Positions 1 to 11,984 of a DNA stretch of 64,000 nt are shown here, in pieces. Each line of letters begins with the position of its first letter. Positions within the stretch are counted from its first letter, which is position 1. The position numbers and the translations under genes were made by a program. Source of the stretch: Chiloscyllium plagiosum (Eukaryota); the NCBI RefSeq assembly GCF_004010195.1, contig NC_057711.1, positions 70,126,944-70,190,943 of the forward strand, in the 5' to 3' direction. The notes under the pieces were generated by a model. The model was not told the origin of the DNA and made no database searches. It saw only the letters and a list, made by a program, of their open reading frames with translations.

Positions 1-3000
1 CGTTCAGGACCAGCAGCAGCGAGGTCAATATCCCGCCATTCAAGGCTGGCAGCAGCGAGGTCAAAATCTCGCCATTCAGGACCGGCAGAGGCGAGATCAA
101 TTTCCCACCATTCAGGACCGGCAAGGGCAAGGTCAATATCCCACCATTCAGGGCTGGCAGCAGCGAGGTCAATCTATCGCCATTCAGGACCGGCAGCAGC
201 GAGGTCAATATCTTACCCTTCAGGGCCAACAGGGGCGTGGTCAATATCCCACCATTCAGGATGGGCACCAGCGAGGTCAATATCTCGCGATTCAGGACCA
301 GCAGCAGCGAGGTCAATATCCCACCGTTCAGGACCGGCAGCAGCGAGGTCAATATCTCGCCATTCATGGCAGGCAGGAGCGAGGTCAATATCCCACCGTT
401 CAGGGCCGGCAGGGGCAAGGTCAATATCCCACCATTCAAGACCGACAGGGGCGAGGTCAATATCCCACCGTTCAGGACCAGCAGCAGCGAGGTCAAAATC
501 TCGCCATTCATGATCGGCAGCAGCGAGTTCAATTTCCCACCATTCAGGACTGGCAGCAGCGAGGTCAATATCGCACCATTTAGGGCTGGCAGCAGCGAGG
601 TCAATATCTCGCCATTCANNNNNNNNNNNNNNNNNNNNNNNNNNNNNNNNNNNNNNNNNNNNNNNNNNNNNNNNNNNNNNNNNNNNNNNNNNNNNNNNNN
701 NNNNNNNNNNNNNNNNNNNNNNNNNNNNNNNNNNNNNNNNNNNNNNNNNNNNNNNNNNNNNNNNNNNNNNNNNNNNNNNNNNNNNNNNNNNNNNNNNNNN
801 NNNNNNNNNNNNNNNNNNNNNNNNNNNNNNNNNNNNNNNNNNNNNNNNNNNNNNNNNNNNNNNNNNNNNNNNNNNNNNNNNNNNNNNNNNNNNNNNNNNN
901 NNNNNNNNNNNNNNNNNNNNNNNNNNNNNNNNNNNNNNNNNNNNNNNNNNNNNNNNNNNNNNNNNNNNNNNNNNNNNNNNNNNNNNNNNNNNNNNNNNNN
1001 NNNNNNNNNNNNNNNNNNNNNNNNNNNNNNNNNNNNNNNNNNNNNNNNNNNNNNNNNNNNNNNNNNNNNNNNNNNNNNNNNNNNNNNNNNNNNNNNNNNN
1101 NNNNNNNNNNNNNNNNNNNNNNNNNNNNNNNNNNNNNNNNNNNNNNNNNNNNNNNNNNNNNNNNNNNNNNNNNNNNNNNNNNNNNNNNNNNNNNNNNNNN
1201 NNNNNNNNNNNNNNNNNNNNNNNNNNNNNNNNNNNNNNNNNNNNNNNNNNNNNNNNNNNNNNNNNNNNNNNNNNNNNNNNNNNNNNNNNNNNNNNNNNNN
1301 NNNNNNNNNNNNNNNNNNNNNNNNNNNNNNNNNNNNNNNNNNNNNNNNNNNNNNNNNNNNNNNNNNNNNNNNNNNNNNNNNNNNNNNNNNNNNNGAGGTC
1401 AATATCTCGTCATTCAGGACTGGCAGCAGCAAGGTCAATATCCCACCATTCATGACCGGCACGGGCGAGGTCAATATCCCAACATTTAGGACCAGCAGCA
1501 GCAAGGTCAATATCCCACCATTCAGGGCTGCCAGCAGTGAGGTCAATATCTCGCCATTCAGGGCTTGCAGCATCGAGGTCAATATCTCACCATTCAGGAC
1601 TGGCAGCAGCGAGGTCAATATCCCACCATTTAGGACCAGCAGCAGCGAGGTCAATATCTCGTCATTTAGGACTGGCAGCAGCAAGATCAATATCCCACCA
1701 TTCATGACCGGCACGGGCGAGGTCAATATCCCATCATTCAGGACTGGCAGCGGCGAGGTCAATATCCCACCATTTAGGACCAGCAGCAGCGAGGTCAATA
1801 TCCCACCATTCAGGGCCGGCATGGACGAGGTCAATATCTCGCCATTCAGGACTGGCAGCAGCGAGGCCAATATCCCGCCATTTAGGGCCGGCAGCAGCGA
1901 GGTCAATATCTCACCATTCAGGGCCGGCAGCAGCGAGGTCAATATCCCACCATTCTGGACTAGTAACAGCGAGGTCAATATCCCACCATTTAGGACCAGC
2001 AGCATCGAGGTCAATATCTCGCCATTCAGGACCAGCAGCAGTAAGGTCAATATCTCGTCATTCAGGACCGGCAGCAGCAAGGTCAATATCCCACCATTCA
2101 TGACCGGCACGGGCGAGGTCAATATCCCATCATTCACGGATGGCAGGGGCGAGGTCAATATCCCACGCAGGGATGAGGTCAATATCCCACCATTCAGGGT
2201 TGGCAGTTGCGAGGTCAATATCCCGCCATTCAGGGCCGGCAGCAGCAAGGTCAATATCCCGCCATTCAGGGCCGGAGGCAGCGAGGTCAATATCCCACCA
2301 TTCAGGACCAGCAGCAGCGAGGTCAATATCCCACCATTCAGGACTAGCAACAGTGAGGTCAATATCTCACCATTCAGGACCAGCAGCATCGAGGTCAATA
2401 TCTCACCATTCAGGACCAGCAGCAGCAAGGTCTATATGCCACCATTCGGGGCTGGCAACAGTGAGGTCAATATCTCGCCATTCAGGACCGGCAGGGGCGA
2501 GGTCAATATCCCACCATTCCGGGATCGGCAGCAGTGAGGTCAATATCCCACCATTCAGGACCGGCAGCAGCGAAGGTCAATATCTTGCCATTCAGGGCCG
2601 GTAGCAGCGAGGTCAATATCCCACCATTTAGGACCAGCAGCAGTGAGGTCAATATCTCGCCATTCAGGACCGGCAGGGGCGAAGTTAATATTCCACCATT
2701 CAAGGCCAGCAGGGGTGTGGTCAATATCCCACCGTTCAGGACCAGCAGCTGCGAGGTCAATATCCCGCCATTCATGGCAGGCAGAAGCAAGGTCAATATC
2801 CCACCATTTAGGGCCGGCAGGGGCAAAGTCAATATCCTGCCATTCAGGACCGGCAGGGGCAAGATCAATATCCCGCCATTCAGGGCTGGCAGGGGCAAGG
2901 TCAATATCCCACTGTTCAGAACCGGCAGGGGCGAGGTCAATATCCCACCGTTCAGGATCGGCAGCAGCGAGGTTTTATCCCGCCATTCAGGGCCAACAGC

Positions 3001-3442
3001 AGCGAGATCAATATCCCACCATTCAGGGCTGGCAGGGGCAAGGTCAATATCCCGCCATTCAGGGCTGGCAGCAGTGAGGTCAATATCTCGCCACTCAGGA
3101 CCAGCTGGAGCAAGGTCAATATCCCACCATTCAGGGCCAGCAGCTGCGAGGTCAATATCTCACCATTCAGGACCAGCAGGGACGAGGTCACTATCCCACC
3201 ATTCATGACTGGCAGTGGCAAGGTCAATATCTCGCCTTTCAGGGCTGGCAGCAGCGAGGTCAATATTCCACCATTCAGGACCGGCAGGGGCGAGGTTACT
3301 ATTCTACCATTCATGACCAGCAGGGGCGAGGTCAATATCCCACCATTCAGGAATGGCAGCAGCAAGGTCAATATCCCGCCATTCAGGAACGGCAGCAGCG
3401 AGGTCAATATCCCACCATTCAGGGCCGGCAGCAGCGAGGTCA
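1..3442. repeat. 36-bp tandem minisatellite, consensus GAGGTCAATATCCCACCATTCAGGACCGGCAGCAGC; about 74 sequenced units; runs off the left edge
   Basis: GAGGTCAATATC recurs every 36 nt; the ORF track shows a 12-aa periodicity (EVNIPPFRTGSS); the array ends abruptly near 3442. Confidence 0.97.
619..1394. other. Assembly gap (776 N) inside the minisatellite
   Basis: Run of N. Confidence 1.
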
Positions 3443-3509
3443 TTCTCCTGTTACCATTTGATAATATCCTCAAAATGACTACCTGATGTTTTTCAGATAC
3501 AGAATTTAT

Positions 3510-3800
3510 TTTTCTTATTTATTCATAGGATTTGGACAATGCTGCCTTAACCAGCATTTATTGCCCATCCCTAATTTCCCAGAGCGCAGTTGAGTCAATC
3601 ACATTGTTGTGGGCCTGGAGACACACGCAGGTCAGGCTAGGTAAGGATGGCAGATTTCCTTCCCAAAACAACATTTCTAAATCAGACAGGGTTTTCCCCA
3701 ACAATTGGCAATGGTTTCATGATCATTATTCGACCCTTCATTTTAGATTCCTCTCAATAACCCCAATTGTTGGAGTTCAAACCTAATTTCCCAGAATATT
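3510..3800 (-). mobile_element. SINE-like element made of the 5' region and 3' tail of LINE family B
   Basis: Reverse complement matches 28960-29118 (GGAAGGAAATCTGCCATCCTTACCT...CCCACA.CAATGTG.TTGACT), then joins the tail TAGGGATGGGCAATAAATGCTGG; related copies at 13622-13775 and 35617-35875. Confidence 0.7.
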
Positions 3801-3917
3801 TCCTGGGACACTGCATTAGTAAATTTCAGCAATAATACCTAATTCCAAATCGGAATATAGGAACAAGGTTGCCCAGTTGAATTTGATCATGATCATTACT
3901 TCCTCCTCTATCTTAAT

Positions 3918-4215
3918 AGATTCAGATTCACTACAGTGTGGAAACAGGCCCTTTGGCCCAACCAGTCCACACTGACCCTCCAAAGAGTAACCCACCCAGA
4001 CCCATTTCCCTCTGACCAATGCACCTAACACTATGGGCAATTTAGCATGGCCAATTCACCTAACCCGCACTTCTTTGGACTGTGGGAGGAAACTAATGCA
4101 GACACCAGGAGAATGTGCAAGCATTACACACAGACAGTCACCCAAGGCTGGAATCAAACCTGAGACCCTAGCGCTGTGAAACTGCAGTGCTAACCACTAA
4201 GCCACCATGTCACCC
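3918..4215 (-). mobile_element. tRNA-derived V-SINE (HE1-like)
   Basis: Minus strand starts with a tRNA-like head (A box TGGCTTAGTGG, B box GGTTTGATTCC), then a V-domain-like body and CR1-like 3' tail; matches four other copies in the window. Confidence 0.85.
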
Positions 4216-4545
4216 ATACCAGATTTTGAAAGTCAACCTAAGACCCTGATTTAGAAAATCATCATAATAACCTCAATATCAAATTCAAAAAGTGTAACTC
4301 CATTTCACTCTACCTCCATACAATATGCACCAGGAATGGGATCGAACTTGTGTTTCTGGATGTTTGATTTTGGTTTCTAATATTTAGTTATTTTCAAAGG
4401 CAAAGTTACGTATGAAATTGGGCATGCAAACTTTCTGTGGTAAAATGTACCTTCACAGTACTTATGTACTTAGTTACTGATATCGCAGTGTTTACCCAAT
4501 TCTGTGGTCAGTGTTGCGCTTTTGCTCAGATGGCTGTTAGTCCAA

Positions 4546-5160
4546 GTCATAGAGTCATAGAGTCCTACAACATGGAGACAGGCCCTTTGGCCCAAACTGG
4601 TCCATGCTGACCAAAATGTCCATCCACACTAACCCCATTTCCCTGCACGTGGCCCATATCCTTCTCATCCTTTCCTGTCCGTGTATTTGTCCAAATGCCT
4701 TTTAAATGTTGTCAATATACCTGCCTCAACCTCTTCTGCTAGCAACTCATTTCATATGCATACCATCCTCTGTGTAAAAAAAGTTGCCCCTCAGGTTCCC
4801 TTTTATTCGTTCCTCTCTAACCTTAAACTGATGCCCTCTAGTCCTCAGTTCCCCGGTCCAGGGAAAAAGACTGAGTGCATTCACCCTATCCATGCCCCTC
4901 GTGATCTTATGCACCTCTATAAGGACCGCCTCAGTCTCCCATGCTCTAAAGAGAAAAGTCCTAGCTTGTCCAATCTCTCCCTATAATTCAGACCATTGAG
5001 TCCAGGCAACATCCTTGTAAATTTCTTCTGCACTCTTTCCAGTTTAATAACGTCTTTCCTATAGCAAGGTGACGAAAACTGAACACAATACTCCAAGTGT
5101 GGCCTCAGCAATGCTCTGTATAGCTGCGACATAACTTCCCAACTTCTATATTCAATGCCT
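4546..5160 (-). mobile_element. CR1-type LINE 3' fragment (family A, HER1-like)
   Basis: ORF 4917-5180 has LYRALLRPHLEYCVQF...LERVQKKFTRMLPGL, typical of the CR1 ORF2 C-terminus; (GACTCTAT)n tail. Confidence 0.9.
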
Positions 5161-5364
5161 ATTCCAGAATCCAAGCACAAAACATACCGTGAGAATCAGT
5201 TAAATGATTTTAAGTACTGAACTGAGACCTGTTAGCCTACTGGTATAGTTCAGACAGACATAAAAAAATTCTTTACGCTACTTCTAAAGAGCAGGGAATA
5301 GATACCTCGAAGAATATGAGCTGCTCATTTAAATGAATTGCTCATGGTGGGACTTTTAAAAAAA

Positions 5365-5965
5365 ATCATGAGATGGATCTTGCTGGCTGCTTGTCCCTTA
5401 TTATCTTTGAGAAGTTGGTGATGAGCTGTCTTCTTGAAACAACATGCGGTGTAAGTGTAGCCACAGAGCTGTTAGGTGGAAATTCGAGGATTTGATCCCA
5501 GCAACAGTGAAAGAATTGCAATATAGTTTGAAGTCAGGTTGTTATGTAATATGGAGGGAACTTTGCAGTTGCTGGTATTCCCATGTACCTGCTGCCTGTG
5601 AGATCCTAGTTGATGGAGGCCATTGGTTTGGAACGTCCTGTCAAAGGTGAGCTTTGGCAGGGCATTTTGTAGATAGTAGATATCCACTGTGCATCAGTGA
5701 AGAAGGAAGTGAATGATTAGATGGAATGCCAATCAAATGGGCCGGTTTGTGTTGGATGGTAGTACAATACTACTGGAGTAGCACTCGTGCACACAATGGG
5801 GAGTATTCCATCAAGCTCCTGACTTGTATATTGCAAATGATAGATAGGTTTTGAGGAATCAGAAGATGAGTTTCTCCCAACAGAATTCCAATCCTCTGGT
5901 CTGTTTTTTGCAGCTACAGTAATTTATATGGTTAGTCCAGTTCAGTTTCTGGTCAACAGCAACCC
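5365..5965 (-). mobile_element. LINE family B 3' fragment
   Basis: Similar to 18050-18640 and to the reverse complement of 9760-10040 and 55770-56030. Confidence 0.7.
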
Positions 5966-8859
5966 CAGATCTAGAAAGGACAATGTTGTGCATAAAGAAC
6001 TGTTACATTTGAATATGTAACAAATAACTGTTTTTCAGAATCAGGTTGTGAACACTTTAGATCATTTCAGTTATATGGAATTTCTTCATGCTTAATTAGT
6101 TCCATTGTTTCTGTCAGATCACTCAGATATCCCACCCCAAATTCCCAAACCACAATTAACCAATCTACATGCATCCTGAAAGGTTAAAAATGATACTCAA
6201 GCATGTTACTAGACCATTAATATTTGGTGAACCCCACTAGATTGCCATATACAGAAAGCAGCATTCATAATCAGATGCACTCTTAGAAATTCCCAAGATC
6301 TTTAGAAAAAAGGGAGTTTTGAAGTCTAAAAGATTTTTTTTCAGTTGGGGGCAGGTAAATTGATTCAGGAAATTTTCAGACGACCTGAATCATCCCTGTA
6401 AAGATAAAAGCTGCACATAATTCTTGCTTTTGGGTTTTGGGTTTTGGCAGATGGTACAGGATCGAGTTGTGATATTTTGTGTCAAAGTGTCATGTTTATT
6501 TGAATAGAATTGAGAGATGTAAATTGTTTGGATCTTCTGTTGTTGGTGCTGTTTGGTGGTCACTTGTGTAAGATGGTAGAAACTGCAATGTATTTCAAAA
6601 GAAGATTTGTGAATGCTGTTGCTTTCTATAAGCTATTCCACAGTTGCCATTGTCAGCTCATGGCTCACTAGATATGGACATTGTACATTTTAGGTGAATG
6701 GTCATGGGAGGGGCATGAATTAGCATTAACTTTGCAAGAAGAGTGTGGGGGATAATTAGAAGCAGTAGAAGTACATGAGTTGACATAGATTCTGAGGGGT
6801 GCATAGTCCATAGCTGGGGACATTGAACTGGGACTGGAGAATATAACAGGCAATAAGGATATGTGATGGCTTGAGTTGATACCAAGTTGGGATGAAGGGG
6901 CATGGAAGCCATGGGCAAGACCATTTGAACTTATTTTTTCAGAGGTTTCTGAATCCAGACAATGGTTCACAATGTCTTGAACCATGGATCATCCAGAAGA
7001 TGACACACAATATAAAAATTCTGTGATGCTAATAATTAAGCCAGTCAGTTTGAGAATACATGTACGTGCTATGATTCTGCAGGGTGTGGTTTGCTGCCCA
7101 CTCACTAATCCCTTGCCTGCGAAATTTGGGATGTTGGGAGTCGGGAAGTAATTTCAGAATTGGGTCCTACCCGGGTCTTTTAATGTCTCTCATGTTGGTC
7201 CAACTCCACAAAAAAAATGTACATTTTGAGAGAATTATTTGTTCAATGATTTTGAACATTCTGCCGATAGATCTCATGACACAATTTATACAAATGTACT
7301 TTGAATTGCTTCATTACACAATATTCTTTCAAAGGAATGTGATCTTGCTGAAGTTTTGCCATTATGTACTAAACAAGCTAACTCTGACATCTTTTAACGT
7401 TTGCTAATGATGATCTAAGGACCTTTTTACTTATTATTGAGAGCAATTGTAATGAGTGCTTAAGAAGTTAATAGAGGGTCAGACTTAAATACATCTCTAC
7501 TATAATAAAACCATTTCAAAGAGTTTTTGACAAAGACATAGTATGCACAGTGTAAATCTCTAAAGTAAGGTGCTTTATTTTTATTGGTTTCTATTGATTT
7601 ATTTTAATGGTAGTTTACCAAAAGATTCTGCACAGATCTAGGTAATTCCACAATGGGATACAGTTGAAACTAGGAGTGCAACCTTTTACAAGTTCATACT
7701 TTATTTCTAGGGAAGGTCTCAAGCTTGAACTGTGACCCATGCAAATATAGCGTGAAATCTGGCACTGTGCCTGTTTTGCAGTTTTACCTGCACTGTCATT
7801 TTGGATCAAGTAACAGAAATAATTAACTTAGTACCTTGTAAACCTCGGCTAGTAGCTTCTCCCTGTCACATATCTACACACCATTTTCTTTTGAGTGGAC
7901 TTAATTCACATGGAACAAAACACTAAAGTGTGTTTAGTGAGTGATGTAGCATTTGTTCATGTCAGCAAACTGCCATTGTTGAAATGTGGGTTTCTGCTAT
8001 CTTTGGAGTAGATAGAATGTAAACATATTGTAATGTTTACGTGACATGGTAAAGTGTACTTGTTAGAGACTCCAAGAACAGTGGGAGATTGGTAACATGT
8101 TTTCAAAGATGATAGGGTACATGCTTGAAAAAGGTGAAAGGGCAAACGTCTGCCAACATGACAGAGCCCAGCTTGAGATCTGCTGTTAAAGTAATTGATT
8201 TTATTTCTTGACATGTCAGCTGATTTTTAGCAAATATCAAATTAAATCTGTTAATTCGTTCCAATGTGTATGAGACAACTCAAGCTGTAAAAATCTGCCA
8301 CTATTTCTTTGACTTGTAGAAAAAAAAACATTTTCAAAAGAATCATGTATAAAAATTTCTGGTATGATTTGTCTTTGCTAAATTGTAACCCGTCTAACTG
8401 AATTGGGTAGCTCATCTTTTGTGTTGTTTTGGAGCTGTCATTGGTTTTGTTATTGATCAGATGCTAGTTTTCCACACTACTGAAGGACTAACCATTGATG
8501 CCATTACCACTAATTCCAATACAAAAGAACTGAAACTGAGTTAGCAACAACTGTTCCATATAGAATGCCATCTGTAAAATTTGACCCTGAGTTGCCAATA
8601 CCTTCGGAGTTATGGGTGCTGCTTTAGTAGAAAAATGGCACCTGTGCCAGAATAATGCACTTACATCATATGTTAGCATGGGCATTATGTATATGGGCCA
8701 GGAATATGTCTGGTAGGCCCATTGTGATATCAGTTGGTGATGAATGCAGATTTGATGCATGATTTACAATTTTCCACCTCATCATCTAAGGCATTACCAT
8801 CTTGGCCTTTTCCAACATCCCAAGCATCACAGATGCCAATCTTCAGCCACACCAATTCA

Positions 8860-10040
8860 CTCCACTTGATATCAAGAAACAATTTTAGACACTGGATCAT
8901 GCAAAGAATATAAACCTGACAACATTCTGGCAAAAGTACTGAGGACTTATTCTCCAGAACTTGTCATACTACTAGCCAAGCTTTCCAACATAAGTACAAC
9001 ACCGGCATCTACCTGACAATGTGGAAAATTGCCCAGGCACGTCCTGTGCTGAGAAAGTAGAACAAATCCAACCTGGCCAATTACCGCCCCATCAACCTAC
9101 TTGTTATCATCAGTAAAGTAATGGAATATGTTGTTGACAGTGCTATCAAGCAGCACCTGCTCAGTAATATCCTGCTGACTGACGCCCAGTTTGGGTTCTG
9201 CCAAGGCTACTCAGCTCTTGACCTCATTACAGCCTTGATTCAAACAGAAAAAAAGCTGATTAAAGAGGTGAGAGTGACATCAATGCCACATTTTACCAAG
9301 TGTAGCCTTAAGGAGCACTAGCAAAACTGAAGTAATTGGCAGTCAGGGGGAAAAAAACTCTCCACACTTGGCATGGAATCATATTAGCAGATAGGAAGAT
9401 GAGTTGTGGTTGTTGGAGGTCAGTCATCTCAACTGCAGTACATCTCTGCATGAGTTTCACTGGATAGTGTGCTAGGTCTAACCATCTTTAGCTACTTCAT
9501 CATAAGGTCAGAAGTGGGGATGTTCACTGATGACTACAGAATGTTCAACACCATTCCTAATTCCTCAGATACTGAAGTAGTCCATCTTTAAATGCAACAA
9601 GACCTGGACAATATCTAGACTTGGGCTGAAAAGTGGCAAATACATTTTGTGCAACACAAATGCCAGGCAATGGCCATCTCCAATCAGAGACAATTTAATC
9701 ACTGTCTCTTGACATTCAAAGGCATAACCGTCATTGAATTCCCCCACTATCAACATTCTGGGGGTTACTATTAACCAGAAATTGAACTGGACTAACTATA
9801 TAAATACAGCCGCTACAGGAGCTGGAAATAATACAATGAGTAATTCATCTCCTAAATCCCCAAAGCCTGTCCACCATCTATAAGGCACAAGTCAGGAGTG
9901 TGATGGAATATGCCCCACTTACCTGAATGAAGGCAGCGCCAACATTACTCAAGAAGCTTGACACCACCCAGGGCAAAGCAGACAGCTTGATTAGTATCAC
10001 ATCCACAAACATTCACTCACAGCAGTGTGGTACTATCTGC
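8860..10040 (+). mobile_element. Decayed LINE family B reverse-transcriptase region (CR1/L2 group)
   Basis: Translates in pieces as YNTGIYLTMWKIAQ..., SNLANYRPINLLVIISKVME..., LTDAQFGFCQGYSALD and MFTDD (YADD-like); many stops and frameshifts. Confidence 0.85.
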
Positions 10041-10943
10041 AGAATAGTTTAAAATGAGACCCCTTTTTGAACATGATAAGATTTGATTGAGCAATGAGCA
10101 TTTAAGAGAGGTTCAGCATTTATTTTCCACCCTTATTTGTCCTTGAGAATATGGTAACAATCACATCCACTGGCTCTTCTTTGTCTAAGTTGCTCGTTAC
10201 CCCCTGCAGAACTGCACCAATCACTGGCTACCATCCTGAAAAAGACCTTCTTGCCTCTATTTTCTGTACTTTATCAAAGGCCAACTGGAAATTCAAATTG
10301 ATCACGTCCACTGGCTCTTTTTTTAAAATTTGTTGGTTAACTTCTCAAAGAATTCTAACAGGTTTACCAGGCATGACCTCCAATTGATGAAGCCGTGCTG
10401 ACTCAGCTCTATTTTACCATACACTTCCAAGTACCCTGCAACCACATCCTTAATAATTGACTCTAAAATCTTACCAATGACCAAGGTCAGATTAACTGGT
10501 CTATAGTTACCCGTTTTCTGCCTCCTTCCCTTCTTAAACTGCATGTTACATTAGCCATTTTCTAGTGCTCTGGAACTCATAATGACTCCTGAAAGATCAC
10601 CACCAATGCCTCTACAATCCCCCCAGCTATCTCCTTCTGAATTCTGGGGTGCAGTCCACCTGTTCCAGGTGATTTATCCACACTACAATCTCCTTCTATT
10701 ACTAGTTAGGTGTCTCTCATTTCATTACTCTCATGATTAATCTTCTTTGCCCTTATTGCTTTTTTTTAGTCATCCTCTGCTTGTTTTTAAAGGTTTCCCA
10801 ATCTTCTGGCTTCGGCCTAATCTTCACAAAATTGTATACTTTTTCTTTTGCTTTTATGCTGTCCCTGACCTCTCCTGTCAGCCATAGTTGCCTTGCCCTC
10901 CCATTAGTATGTTTCTTCTTATGGTGGATGAATTTCTGCTATG

Positions 10944-11167
10944 AGAAAGTGAGGACTGCAGATGCTGGGGTACCAGAGTTGAAAAATGTGGTTCTGGAAA
11001 AACATAGCAGGCCAGGCAGCAACCAAGGAGCAGGAGAATCGATGTTTCAGGCATAAGCCTGAAAGAAGGGCTTCCTGAAGAAGGGCTTATGCCCGAAACA
11101 TCGATTCTCCTGCTCCTTGGATGCTGCCTGGCCTGCTGTGTTTTTCCAGCACCACATTTTTCAACTC
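10944..11167 (+). mobile_element. Fold-back non-autonomous element with hammerhead motif (Penelope-like pLTR derivative), family H1
   Basis: 86-bp inverted arms 10974-11059 and 11084-11169; direct repeat TGAATTTCTGCTATG at 10929-10943 and 11168-11182. Confidence 0.8.
11071..11106 (+). ncRNA. Minimal hammerhead ribozyme motif, probably decayed
   Basis: CUGAAGA (11075-81), A, GGGC-UUAU-GCCC, GAAA, CAUC, then GAUU; stem I only 2 bp. Confidence 0.55.
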
Positions 11168-11984
11168 TGAATTTCTGCTATGCCTTCTCAATTACCCCCA
11201 GAAATGCCTGCAATTGCTGCTCCACTGTCTTCCCTGCTAGCTTCCCCTTCTAATCAATTCCAACTTCTCTCTCTCAAAGTGCAGGGTGAATTCTATCATA
11301 TTGTGCGCACTGCCTCCAAGGGATTCCTTTACCTTAAGCTCCCTGATTGAGACCGCCCCATTACAAATGACCAAATCTAGAACTGCCTGCTCCCTAGCAG
11401 GCTGTACCAAACATTCAACCTGTAGATATTTCATAAATTCCTTTCGTTCGGATCTGCTACTAACCTGATTTTCCCAGACCACCTGTATATTGAAGTCCCC
11501 CACGACTATTGTAATATGCCTTTTTTGCATGCCTTTTCTATCTCCTGACTTATTTTCTGCCCCACATCCTGACTACTGCTCGGAGGCCTGTACCCAACTT
11601 TCAATCAGATCTTTTTTGCTTTGCAGTTCCTCAGCTTTACCCACACATATTCTATGCCTTCTGACCCTATGTAACTTCTTGCTATTGAGTTAATTTCATT
11701 TCTTACTAACAAGGCAACTCCATTTCCTCTGCCCATCTGCCTGTCCTTCCACTAGGAGGTGTATCCTTGGATATTTAGTTCCTATTTCTGATCTCCTTGT
11801 AGCCATGTCTATGTGATGACTACAGCATTGTACTTGCCAGTTTCAATCTGTGCTACAAGCTCTTTTACCTTGTTTCACCTACTGTACACATTTAAGTACC
11901 TTCAGTTCTACGTTGACCACTCCTCTTCTCATAGTTGTCCCCTTACCTTCTGTGCCTGAAGTTAGATTCCTGACTCAGCACTTC

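Larger units (their letters stand above)
10160..11975 (-). mobile_element. Decayed CR1-type LINE ORF2 (endonuclease plus RT N-terminus), interrupted by the element at 10944-11167
   Basis: ORFs contain VGDFN...LDLVIC...LGGSAHNMIEF (APE domain) and FKKGRRQKTGNYRPVNLT...SQHGF...SCLVNLLEFFE (RT). Confidence 0.9.

Noticed and set aside
237..2537. 766-aa ORF and overlapping repeat ORFs as genes
   Set aside because: Starts at GTG, reads through 776 N, and is explained by a stop-free 36-bp unit; frameshifts occur within the array.
1..3442. CRISPR array (36-nt periodicity)
   Set aside because: Units are directly adjacent with no unique spacers, there are no cas genes, and the context is a vertebrate intron.
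10944..11167. Classical MITE interpretation of the fold-back elements
   Set aside because: The arms are asymmetric with a one-sided extension, flanking duplications are 13-15 bp, and hammerhead cores are present; this fits Penelope-like retroelement derivatives better, though it is not proven.
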